From: an uncultured virus (IMG/VR IMGVR_UViG_3300008262_006132)
Taxonomy: Duplodnaviria > Heunggongvirae > Uroviricota > Caudoviricetes
Strand: one strand, 5' to 3'
IMG/VR virus record: IMGVR_UViG_3300008262_006132
Location: 62,001-126,000 of that record
Length of the DNA: 64,000 nucleotides
Position 1 is the first letter of the stretch, and each line of letters opens with the position of its first letter. Positions 29,923 through 39,050 of the stretch are shown here, piece by piece. The notes under the pieces were generated by a model. It was not told the origin of the DNA, did not search any database, and worked only from the letters and a program-made list of their open reading frames with translations. Position numbers and translations under genes: made by a program.

Positions 29923-31110
29923 ATGGATAAAATCTATATCAAATCTTTAATTCAGAATGTTTTAAATAAAGAATTCTCTAATCCAAATAAGAGGAGAATA
30001 GATGAGTATGCTGATAGATTAAACTATTCTTGTCCATACTGCGGTGATTCATCTAAAAGTGTTCATAAGAAAAGAGGTAATTTATACTTTAATAAACTCT
30101 TTTATATCTGTTTTAACTGTGATAAAAAGACTACTTTTGATAAATTCGCAAAAGACTTTAATGAGGTTTTAGATCCTCAGAAAAAACTTGAAATTATAGA
30201 ATATCTAGATTCCGTTATTGATTATTCAGACTATGACACTGATTTTGGAGATTTCCAACTCGATGATCTTTATGATATTAGTCAACTTGAAGAATTATTC
30301 AATGTTAAAGATATAACTCCAATATTTGACTTTAAACCAATCGATGAAAGATCAGGAGTTTATAAGTATCTACTAGGTAGAGGAATTGTTAAACCACTTC
30401 AGAAAGATATTTACCAGGCAAAATTCTCAAAAGGTGATGAAGGATACGAACACGTTATCATACTTTTAAATAAAAGAGGTGATAAAGTCTTAGGACTACA
30501 GGTAAGAAACTTAAAAGAAGGCCGAAGAAGATTCTTTGTAATATACAACTGGGAGTCAATTCATAAGTGGATTTGGGGAGAAGAAAAAGAAGTAGATATT
30601 CAAAAATCAATTATCTATAATAAGTTATCTTATTACTTTAATATTTTAAATATTAATTTTGAAGAAAAGATAACTATTTTTGAAGGTTATATCGATTCAT
30701 TATTCTATCCGAATTCTGTTGGTGTTGTTGGGGTTAATACCGATTTAAGGTTTTTAGAAAATAACAACTTAGATATTCAATATTTCTTTGATAATGATAC
30801 GGCAGGTTATAATAAGTCAGAAGAAAAGATAAGGGAAGGTGGTAAAGTTTTTCTATGGAAAAAACTCTTTGAAGACATTGTTTCAAAGAAAAAGACTGAT
30901 GATCCTCATAAATTACTTTACAGAATATCTAAAGTAAAGGACTTAAATAAACTTAATGAATTAGTTCCCTTTGCTTACAAAAAACTCGAACTCGGCAATT
31001 TCTTTTCAGAAGATTTATTTGATTTAAAATATCTACCAAAGAATACTATAAGAAAAAAAACCAAACCTGAAAAAGATTATTTAAGAGAGTTTCGTCAAAA
31101 TGACTTCTAA
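29923..31110 (+). CDS. DNA primase (T4 gp61-like)
   Basis: Zn ribbon CPYCGDS...CFNC; TOPRIM FEGYIDS and FFDND. Confidence 0.85.
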   Translation: MDKIYIKSLIQNVLNKEFSNPNKRRIDEYADRLNYSCPYCGDSSKSVHKKRGNLYFNKLFYICFNCDKKTTFDKFAKDFNEVLDPQKKLEIIEYLDSVIDYSDYDTDFGDFQLDDLYDISQLEELFNVKDITPIFDFKPIDERSGVYKYLLGRGIVKPLQKDIYQAKFSKGDEGYEHVIILLNKRGDKVLGLQVRNLKEGRRRFFVIYNWESIHKWIWGEEKEVDIQKSIIYNKLSYYFNILNINFEEKITIFEGYIDSLFYPNSVGVVGVNTDLRFLENNNLDIQYFFDNDTAGYNKSEEKIREGGKVFLWKKLFEDIVSKKKTDDPHKLLYRISKVKDLNKLNELVPFAYKKLELGNFFSEDLFDLKYLPKNTIRKKTKPEKDYLREFRQNDF

Positions 31111-31571
31111 AAATACTTTGTAGTATTATTTGGATTTTTAATTTTTAAATAGTCGTAAAAGTTTAAATTCCCTCTTTCATTGTTACAATCGAAACAACAA
31201 ACTATTAAATTGACCTGTGAGTTGTTGCCTCCTTCAGAAATGGGTATTATGTGATCTGTAGTTGCATTTGACTCATTCAATTTACAACCACAATAAATGC
31301 ATTTTGCCTTTTTATTTTCCTGTAAAAACTCTTTTGCGAAACCACTTGTTCTTCTTTTAACATTCTTGCCGTTCCACTTTAGGCCAACCACAACAATATT
31401 CTCTAGAAACTTATATTTTTTTCTATAGATTTTACAAGGTACATAATTTTTATTAGACCAAATAGCGAGCTTAACTAATAGACCCCATCTTTTCCACACC
31501 TTTTTATCAACTGAAATAAAATGTTGATGCTCTGCTTCTCTTATAAATTTGATAACTTCTACTATATTCAT
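31107..31571 (-). CDS. HNH endonuclease
   Basis: CIYC...TTDHIIPISEGG...NLIVCCFDCNNERG. Confidence 0.85.
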   Translation of the reverse strand: MNIVEVIKFIREAEHQHFISVDKKVWKRWGLLVKLAIWSNKNYVPCKIYRKKYKFLENIVVVGLKWNGKNVKRRTSGFAKEFLQENKKAKCIYCGCKLNESNATTDHIIPISEGGNNSQVNLIVCCFDCNNERGNLNFYDYLKIKNPNNTTKYF

Positions 31572-31617
31572 AACTAATTAAAGTTATCTCCCTCTCAAGT
31601 TATATATCTAAAACAAG

Positions 31618-31642
31618 ATACCCCCTAAAATTTAGGGGGTAT
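31618..31642. terminator. Terminator-like hairpin
   Basis: ataccccctaaa-a-tttagggggtat downstream of 31667..33622. Confidence 0.55.
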
Positions 31643-31666
31643 CCATTTTCTAGCTAAGACAACCGA

Positions 31667-33622
31667 TTACTCTTTTATAATCTGCTGTTTTTGAACACCA
31701 GTCTCTGTAGTGACAACAATCATATAAACACCAGATGAAAGTTCTGAAAGGTCTAAATTATAATTATTAGAATTAAATTGATAATTTAAAATTCTTGTTC
31801 CAATTGTATTATATACAGATACATCCCTAACATCATTTTTAAAGTTATCTGTAATATAAATTAAACCTTCACTTGGATTTGGGTAAATTACCAACTCTTG
31901 TTCTTCTTTTTCCAAAGATTCTTCAGTCTTATTATTAGGTTGAGAAGATTGAAGACTTCTCAATTCAACTTGAGTATACTCTGGTCTATTTCTAACGCTT
32001 TCTTTATAGATAATATAAGTAGTAGTTGACTTGTTACCACACTCCGTAACAGTTCTAACTAATTTATACCACTTCTGAGTATAGAGTTCGCTATCACTAA
32101 AACCATGAGTGTTTTCGGTTCTAATTAAATTCCAGTTGAAAGGAACATCTTCACTTAAATAAAGTTCCCATTTTTCACATCCTACTGTATTTGTTATGTT
32201 CACAGTTGTAAGTGAATATTTATCTTGTGAAGTCTGTTCAATACAATAGTCAAAATTTGGATCAATTGTATTTTTAAAACCATGAAGTTTTGCCATGAAG
32301 TTCTGCTTTCTAAGAATAGTATTAGGAGTCAATTGTATCCAACTTACAAAAGAACCACCAACAAATATTTCCCAGTTATCATTGCCATCATCTGTTGCAT
32401 TAACAGCTAAACTACTACCAGTTCCTTGTCCATAGTTTCCTTCGAATCCATTAACATTAGTGCCTCCAAGACCTGCTCCAATATTGATAGTTTTAAACTC
32501 TTCATTTATCTGACCATCAGTTGTGAAAGCAGTAATCTTTGGAGTCCAAGTTGGTTGATAAACTTGTTGAGAAGTTGAACTAGCAAAGTTACCAGTTGCA
32601 ATTAAATTACAATTATAAAAACAAATATCCATAATTCTACCTGGACAACCTGGATTAAAAATAGGATCCACAGACCAGTTACCACCTAGAATGTTATATC
32701 TAACTAAATTTCTAAATCCAGAAACACCAGAGGCGGTGCTAATAGAACCGCTGAAATAAGATACTAAATCTCCTTCTATACCATCACATTCAGATCCATT
32801 AACAAATATTATATCACTAATTGACATAGAGTTAGATAAATCTGTTATACCTGGAACTGGCTTAATTGTCATTTGCTCGTCAAGTTTAAAAATACCTACG
32901 TAGTTATGACCTCCTAATTCAAAATTAAATGATCCACCACAAACTAATTCTTTTGTACCGGGTATCTTTGTTATTTTTGAAATAAGACCAGTAGGAGTTG
33001 GTAACTGAACAGTCTGTAAAACTTGACCAGTGTTTGGGTCACAACATACAATAGTCTGTGTGTAACTACTCGGTGTGCCAGTTTGAAATGAATAGTATAA
33101 TTTATTGTTTTCAAAGTCGTGATAGATCGCAGAGCAAATACTAATCCAAGAAGTATAAGGACAAACGAAGTCTGTATCTCTAGTACCATCTGCGTTAACT
33201 TTATTTAAAAACCTAACACCCTGATTAACACCCCAGTTGAAACTGTTTCTTCCTGATATAAAAAACTCACCAGTTGGCTCACCACTTTCATTCTTCTCAG
33301 TCTCCATACAAACTGTCGCAAACTGACCAGGCCAAGTTGCCATTTGATTATTAAAAAAAGATTGATCCTCATTTCCTGAGAAATCATATTTTCTAATTTT
33401 TGGGTAACCAGGTTCTGTCTGGTATGCATAATAAACTGAATTACCAACAACCTCGACCCCTTGTGTCTTAAAGTTTCCGTTTGTTGAAAATGGAACTCCA
33501 CCATTATTAGGTAGAAAAGTGGTGTCTATACTACCTGCTAATTGACCAAAAGAGGAAATTCCAAGGCAAAGAGCTAAAGTCGTCATTACAAGTCGACTTA
33601 ATTGACACTTAAAATTTTTCAT
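31667..33622 (-). CDS. Secreted beta-rich protein with T9SS C-terminal sorting domain
   Basis: N-terminal signal peptide; GSIDTTF/DGTRDTDF repeats; C-terminal IYPNPS...LSSGVYMIVV...KQQIIKE. Confidence 0.8.
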   Translation of the reverse strand: MKNFKCQLSRLVMTTLALCLGISSFGQLAGSIDTTFLPNNGGVPFSTNGNFKTQGVEVVGNSVYYAYQTEPGYPKIRKYDFSGNEDQSFFNNQMATWPGQFATVCMETEKNESGEPTGEFFISGRNSFNWGVNQGVRFLNKVNADGTRDTDFVCPYTSWISICSAIYHDFENNKLYYSFQTGTPSSYTQTIVCCDPNTGQVLQTVQLPTPTGLISKITKIPGTKELVCGGSFNFELGGHNYVGIFKLDEQMTIKPVPGITDLSNSMSISDIIFVNGSECDGIEGDLVSYFSGSISTASGVSGFRNLVRYNILGGNWSVDPIFNPGCPGRIMDICFYNCNLIATGNFASSTSQQVYQPTWTPKITAFTTDGQINEEFKTINIGAGLGGTNVNGFEGNYGQGTGSSLAVNATDDGNDNWEIFVGGSFVSWIQLTPNTILRKQNFMAKLHGFKNTIDPNFDYCIEQTSQDKYSLTTVNITNTVGCEKWELYLSEDVPFNWNLIRTENTHGFSDSELYTQKWYKLVRTVTECGNKSTTTYIIYKESVRNRPEYTQVELRSLQSSQPNNKTEESLEKEEQELVIYPNPSEGLIYITDNFKNDVRDVSVYNTIGTRILNYQFNSNNYNLDLSELSSGVYMIVVTTETGVQKQQIIKE

Positions 33623-33763
33623 AACATATTTTTATTTTTTGTAAGCTGGTTCTACGTTTGGTAGAAATTTGCTTTTCATAGATTATATATGTTATTAAAA
33701 AAATGAATTATATCTATTTGTCTAAAACCTTTGCAAAATAAGGGTTTCAGAGAAAATAAAAAT

Positions 33764-33791
33764 AAAAAACTCGCTAAATTAGCGAGTTTTT
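33764..33791. terminator. Intrinsic terminator
   Basis: aaaaactcgctaa-a-ttagcgagttttt. Confidence 0.75.
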
Positions 33792-33815
33792 ATAAAATTA
33801 AGATAAATTTTTATT

Positions 33816-34196
33816 TTATTCTCCAGTTAAATAGTCAAAAGCGTCTTCTACTGAATCAAACTTCTTATTATCAATGTGAAATTTTTCATCTTCTGAATAG
33901 AAATTAACTTTCTTTCCATCAAAATTAATTTCGTTATTTGCAACTTCGGTACCTAACTTACTAGCTAATTCTTTCATTTTTAAAGTACCATGATAGTGTG
34001 AACCTTCTTCCTCTTCTTCCTCTTCAACATTCATACTTACTACTTCTTTAGGTTCTTCTTTTTCGATTTCTGTGTTTTCAACTTCTGTATTTTCAATCTC
34101 TTCTTCTGGCGCGTCTAGAATTTCCTGTGATTCAATTTCATTTGCAAATGGTGTTAACTCTTCATTTACAAATTGATTATATTTTTTTAATTTCAT
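33816..34196 (-). CDS. Acidic hypothetical protein with MKLKKYNQFVNEE tag
   Basis: 126-aa ORF, AATATATA upstream. Confidence 0.7.
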   Translation of the reverse strand: MKLKKYNQFVNEELTPFANEIESQEILDAPEEEIENTEVENTEIEKEEPKEVVSMNVEEEEEEEGSHYHGTLKMKELASKLGTEVANNEINFDGKKVNFYSEDEKFHIDNKKFDSVEDAFDYLTGE

Positions 34197-34221
34197 AGTT
34201 AAAAATAATTTTAAGTATATA

Positions 34222-34707
34222 TTAATCTATAGATTTATATTTCTCTTCAATTTCTTGGATAATATAGTCTATAAATCCATCTAGTTCATATTCTAGACCA
34301 TTACAAAATTCAAATATATCATATCCATCTTTATTGAAGAAGTCCGGCGAAACAGTTCCGTTTTCAAACTTGACTATTTTACCCTCTAGTATTCCAACAA
34401 CTTTCTTACCATTTTCTAGCTCTAAATCTGGAACATAGAAAGTTCCAATAAAATGCTGCTCATCTCCATAATCTTCCCATTCTTTAAACTCAAACTTAAA
34501 ATACCCATTATCATCTTCAAATATTTGTTCAGTTTCAATCTTCCCAATCTCATCATGAACCTGTTTTTCTGTATTAGTACTCCAAGATTGTAAAAACCTC
34601 TTTTCTAAATCGGTTAGCGATCCTTCACCATATTTCAGTATTTTTGCCAAAATATCATTGAGTCTATCTTGCTCTGAATAGGATTCAAATCTAATTAAAT
34701 GTTTCAT
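34222..34707 (-). CDS. Hypothetical protein
   Basis: 161-aa ORF; LNDILAKI...SLTDLEKRFL segment resembles 51428..51883. Confidence 0.7.
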   Translation of the reverse strand: MKHLIRFESYSEQDRLNDILAKILKYGEGSLTDLEKRFLQSWSTNTEKQVHDEIGKIETEQIFEDDNGYFKFEFKEWEDYGDEQHFIGTFYVPDLELENGKKVVGILEGKIVKFENGTVSPDFFNKDGYDIFEFCNGLEYELDGFIDYIIQEIEEKYKSID

Positions 34708-34758
34708 AATGTTATATATAAAACTTCTGAACCTGTATTTTACTATACTCTGAAAATA

Positions 34759-35088
34759 TTACCAGATTTGACTTTTAGAGAATTTATCTTTAATAATATC
34801 CACTAAAATCACATTTTGTTCGCCTCTTGATTGATAAATAAGAACATAGTCATTTTCAATATTTTCTATTATTTTGTAGAAATCTCTTTCTCCTTTGTCT
34901 GAACAAATTTGATCTATCTTTAGATTACGTGAATACCTCAAATACTCCATTTTAATAGACTCGACTAGAACAACCATATAACCAGAGGTTCCGTCTTTTG
35001 GATGATTTAAAATTGACTCTAGATCAAATCCTGACCAAAATTTTACCAAAGTATCAGAGACTTTAAATTGTTCCAAAAAAGTCATCAT
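34759..35088 (-). CDS. Hypothetical protein
   Basis: 109-aa ORF. Confidence 0.55.
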   Translation of the reverse strand: MMTFLEQFKVSDTLVKFWSGFDLESILNHPKDGTSGYMVVLVESIKMEYLRYSRNLKIDQICSDKGERDFYKIIENIENDYVLIYQSRGEQNVILVDIIKDKFSKSQIW

Positions 35089-35299
35089 CCTCTAAAATAT
35101 CACCTAGTTTTTCGTCTCTAATCTCTTTAACCATAAGATCATCTATTCTCTCTTTAAATTCTAGACTATTATTATATCTTTCAGTAAATTCGATAAAACT
35201 AGACTCAGACATTTTAAGAAGCCTTTTATGTGACTGAGATACCGATTTTAAATCAATCCAACTCTCATAAAATTTATACATCTTATGTTCTTTAAACAT
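35063..35299 (-). CDS. Hypothetical protein
   Basis: 78-aa ORF, AATATATA immediately upstream. Confidence 0.6.
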   Translation of the reverse strand: MFKEHKMYKFYESWIDLKSVSQSHKRLLKMSESSFIEFTERYNNSLEFKERIDDLMVKEIRDEKLGDILEDDDFFGTI

Positions 35300-35315
35300 A
35301 AGTTATATATTAGAG

Positions 35316-36781
35316 TTACTTCATTCCGGAAAATATATCTAAAACCACACTAAGTCTTTTTGTAATCTCAGGAAGACCAAGTGGATCTATAATAGAATTA
35401 ATTGGAGATAAAATTGACTTCATAAACTGCTCGTCATAATCAATTTCTGGTGCAAATTCTATAGGATAGGAACCCCTAATAAAAGCAAACATATCATTTG
35501 TCTTTTTATTCTTACAATAATAGTATTTGATCTTAGTTCCTGACTTAATGAATTCGTACTTTGATTGTAATAACTTATTCTGATTTAAAAGATAGTTATG
35601 ATAAGCTGCAGATTTAACAGCAAAGTGGGCACCACTAACAAATTCCAATCTATCTTTATCTTCTAAAACTTTGGTTTCATAATTAGAACAAGATGACTGC
35701 ATCGAAATATCATCGATATCTGCAAGTTCAAATTCTTTTCTAAGATTTTTAACTAATTTTAGTAGGTCTTTGATATTAAAGTCATCTGGATGGGCAAAAA
35801 GATATTTTACAATTTCAACAATCTTTTCACGGGCAAATGCCGGTGTAGAAGAACGAACAAGCTCAACACCTTTAGGAAAGATATAAGTTAGTCTATCATA
35901 AGGAATACCATCTTCATATACAATATGCTGAATGTACTTCTTTTTTGCTATATTAATAATTGATTCTGATATCCTTTCTAACTCAAAATCTTCTCTGTTT
36001 TTTACTCCATAACTACCAGCATATTCATCAAGACATTTTTTGAAATAATCTCCATACCTAAGTGCGTCTATACCATGTATGAAATCTAATTCATTATCCC
36101 AATTCCACTGTATTTCTATATCCTTAATTAAATCCTGAATATCTTTTGAATTAAATGACCGGTCTTTAACAAAATACCCATCGATAATAATTAATTCCGG
36201 ATTAGTATTAGTTATAAAATCTTTAAAATCATTTACGTTCTTAAAGTGACCAATACAATTACTATTAGTAATTTTAGATTCTTGTCTTTTTTCTAGAAAT
36301 ACAAACCTCTGATTTAAAGAATTCATCTTTGACAGTGGAAGATTCCTCCATTCACAATGTTGAATTGCTGGTTCAAAAGATACAAATAATGAATCCGTAT
36401 CTGCATAGATTGATACTTCATCACCGTCTTTTTTGGATAAAGAAGTGACATTCTTCACTCCAAGTTTAGAATGTAGTTCAAAATCTAGATGCCATTGTTC
36501 ATACCAATACTTTTCATTTACAGCATTCATAGTTTTAGTCAAGTCTCTGCCTTGCGCTGTTATAGTACCGGCGACGTGTTGATTAAACAGTATGAAATAT
36601 TGCGTAGCAAATGCTCCGTAACTTCCATTTAATATTAATTTTAAAGCATTTTCCCCTCTGTCAAAAAACAGAGGGGTTATCGAGCCAACTGAAGAGCGTT
36701 GTAATAATCAGATTCTCTCTTCAGTTGGTTGGCTTTAATTTTTAGTGACTCGATTTTTTTTAATTTATCTTCTCTCGTCAT
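35316..36781 (-). CDS. Family B DNA polymerase, C-terminal subunit of a split gp43-like enzyme; interrupted by a 38-nt gap (36682..36645), predicted 475 aa if bypassed
   Basis: Motif B reconstituted across the gap (NALQLA|LKLILNGSYG), ITAQGR, motif C YADTDS, KKKY, KGVELVRSSTP. Confidence 0.85.
36645..36728 (-). other. Candidate translational bypass element (take-off GCT 36685..36683, landing GCT 36647..36645)
   Basis: GCT CGA TAA CCCCTCTGT TTTTTG ACAGAGGGG AAAAT GCT; upstream 12-bp inverted repeat CCAACTGAAGAG/CTCTTCAGTTGG. Confidence 0.7.
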
Positions 36782-36832
36782 TTAATTTTTTATATTTTTT
36801 TTAAATAATTTCCAAAGAAACTTATTGAAAAG

Positions 36833-36859
36833 TTATAGTGTTAAAAACAAGTTAGTTTA
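36833..36859 (-). promoter_or_regulatory. TAAAC-N17-TATAA putative promoter of the polymerase gene
   Basis: Motif recurs upstream of several replication/auxiliary genes. Confidence 0.5.
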
Positions 36860-36866
36860 ATAACTT

Positions 36867-37640
36867 TTAATCCTCCACACTAAAATCCTGTTCAAATGAA
36901 ATCATAAGGTGACTCTCTTCGTCTTTCGTTAAAATAAAAGTTTCAAAAACGAAAAAGTGTACATGGTCACCACTATCATTGATAGAAGGTAGAAAAGTTT
37001 TGTTAAACATTAGATGTCTATCAGTAACATCTACTTTGTCTACTTCAAATTCCCACGTTGATGTTTCAGAAAGAATAACCTTTTGACTATCTACGTTAAG
37101 ATGAACTACTTTACCGTCTGAGTTTATAGAGCAAAGTTTTTTAATATCTTGGAATTCACTACTTTCAACTTTAAAAGACCATTTAGACAATTTTGTATCG
37201 ACTCTTTTAGATAAAACCGCTTTTGTTATATCTCTTATTTCTGAATTTTCACCACCTTGTATTGCAATTTTTAACTTACCATTTTTAATTTGTAAAAATC
37301 TTGCTAGAGATTGATCATCATCAGTTCTGTAATCAACAGTGACTGCAATTTTTTCAGATTTCTTTATAAATTGTAGATTCTTAACAAATTTCTTAGACCC
37401 TGAAATTATTATATCAATAGTTTCATCAATATCCTCTTTAGTAGTTAAGTATTCGTTGGTATTAATGATGTAGCTTTTAAAGGCCAGTAGAATAGTTTCA
37501 CCAACAATAGAATACATTAAAATATTTTCTGAATCTATTTTTAACTTTAAGGTGTCACTTATTTTTGACAAATCTTCGAGCTTGTGAAGAAAATCTTCAA
37601 ATTTATCTCCGTTGATCGTGAAGTTAAGTTTCTTTGTCAT
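36867..37640 (-). CDS. Probable sliding clamp (gp45/PCNA-like)
   Basis: 257 aa, clamp-like size and alternating helix/strand pattern, directly upstream of the polymerase. Confidence 0.5.
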   Translation of the reverse strand: MTKKLNFTINGDKFEDFLHKLEDLSKISDTLKLKIDSENILMYSIVGETILLAFKSYIINTNEYLTTKEDIDETIDIIISGSKKFVKNLQFIKKSEKIAVTVDYRTDDDQSLARFLQIKNGKLKIAIQGGENSEIRDITKAVLSKRVDTKLSKWSFKVESSEFQDIKKLCSINSDGKVVHLNVDSQKVILSETSTWEFEVDKVDVTDRHLMFNKTFLPSINDSGDHVHFFVFETFILTKDEESHLMISFEQDFSVED

Positions 37641-37692
37641 TTTAATTCTGATTTATAATATCTAATATATACAATAAATTTTGTTTTGTTTT

Positions 37693-38475
37693 ATGACCGA
37701 TAATGAAATGACCGGCAAAAGAATTAAAGTTCAAAGTATGAATGATCCTTACGTTAACTTAAAAGAGGACGATTTAGGAACAGTTGTTGGAACTGATGAA
37801 CTTGGAAATTTAATTGTAGATTGGGACAAAGGTATTACTTTAAAAATAACACCAGAGATTGATGAGTTTGAAATAGTTGAAGAGTCAAGAAAACTACATA
37901 AATTTTTTGAGTTCAAAGTAGAAGATAATATTAATGTTGATTTCATTTCTGCTAAAATGTACGAGTTAAGTGATTTAGTCTCTGAATATTCCGGAATCTC
38001 ATTTGAGTATCACATACATTCTGAAAAAGAAAATTCAAATGAAATGGGTATTTTAGAAGTTTCATTGAGTTCAACTGAAACAGATATTAAAATATCTTGG
38101 ATTTTAGACTTAGATAAACCTAATTTAAAAGTTGAAGAGTCTACTTCAGATACAACTGAAGAAGTTTATAGTTCACACCTTGAAAATATTGAAGAGGGAT
38201 TAGACATTATAGAGCATCATGTTCATAATATTTTTGAGATATCAGAGAGAAAAAAGGCACAAAGATATAAAGGTAGAAAAATTCCTGGAAAGTATCTCGC
38301 TGGTCCTCATCCAAGTAAGATGAAGAAGGAAATAGATAGATTCGTGGGAAAAAAAGAATACAAAAAAGATTGGGATGCCGACTACAAGTCTGGAAAAGGT
38401 GGTGAGGGAGAAAGAGTTAAGACTAAAAAATCTGCGGCTACAAAAGCTTACCAAAAAATGTTTGGTGATAAATAA
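37693..38475 (+). CDS. Hypothetical protein, N-terminal DUF4314-like SH3-type domain, basic C-terminus
   Basis: GKRIKVQSMNDPY...GTVVGTDELGNLIVDWDKG. Confidence 0.6.
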   Translation: MTDNEMTGKRIKVQSMNDPYVNLKEDDLGTVVGTDELGNLIVDWDKGITLKITPEIDEFEIVEESRKLHKFFEFKVEDNINVDFISAKMYELSDLVSEYSGISFEYHIHSEKENSNEMGILEVSLSSTETDIKISWILDLDKPNLKVEESTSDTTEEVYSSHLENIEEGLDIIEHHVHNIFEISERKKAQRYKGRKIPGKYLAGPHPSKMKKEIDRFVGKKEYKKDWDADYKSGKGGEGERVKTKKSAATKAYQKMFGDK

Positions 38476-38486
38476 AATATAATAAT

Positions 38487-39047
38487 ATGGAAATTAAGAA
38501 ATTTGGAAAACCTGAGAAACCTGTCATCGAAGACAAGGTTGAGAAAAATGGTTCAGTCGTAGTACCAAAAAAACTAAACGAACAAACAGTATCTCAATTG
38601 ACTGACAGACTAAAAGATGAGTACACTGCTCACTTCTATTACAGATCTGCGGCTAACTGGTGTCGTAATATGAATTACAAAAAAGCTGCTGCGTTTTTTG
38701 AAAACGAAGCGAATACTGAGTTAGAACATGCAACTGGATTACAAGAATATATGGATGACTTCAATGTTCAGCCTGAAATACCACAAACTGAGACTGATTT
38801 TAAATTCTCTACATTAGTTGATATTATCAACGGTGCATATGATATGGAATTGAATCTATTGAACGCATATAACAAAAGCTCTTCAGAATTATTCACTAGT
38901 GATTTAACAACATTTGATTTTTTACAAAGTTATAGAACAGGTCAAAAAGAAGCTGTTATTGAGTATTCTGACTTACTAAATGCATTGGTGTTAGTAGATC
39001 ACAATGATAAATTCCAAGTTCTTTACTTTGAACAAACTTACTTTTAA
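38487..39047 (+). CDS. Ferritin
   Basis: DEYTAHFYY, AAFFENEANTELEHA, TTFDFLQ...QKEA four-helix ferroxidase pattern. Confidence 0.8.
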   Translation: MEIKKFGKPEKPVIEDKVEKNGSVVVPKKLNEQTVSQLTDRLKDEYTAHFYYRSAANWCRNMNYKKAAAFFENEANTELEHATGLQEYMDDFNVQPEIPQTETDFKFSTLVDIINGAYDMELNLLNAYNKSSSELFTSDLTTFDFLQSYRTGQKEAVIEYSDLLNALVLVDHNDKFQVLYFEQTYF

Positions 39048-39050
39048 ACT

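Noticed and set aside
31107..31571. HNH gene as an intron-encoded homing element
   Set aside because: It is free-standing and convergent with an intact primase; no interrupted host gene or intron structure is seen.
36070..36390. Intein in the polymerase after motif C
   Set aside because: No His-Asn followed by Cys/Ser/Thr splice junction or LAGLIDADG blocks are visible.
36653..36676. Polymerase-gap hairpin as an ordinary intrinsic terminator
   Set aside because: It lacks the U-tract seen in the other terminators here (followed by AAAAT on the coding strand) and lies inside motif B.
36645..36685. Polymerase break as a single-base sequencing frameshift, stop readthrough, or group I/II intron
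   Set aside because: A 1-nt indel or readthrough would leave about 12 extra residues in motif B. The insert is structured and bounded by matched codons, and 38 nt is far too short for a self-splicing intron.
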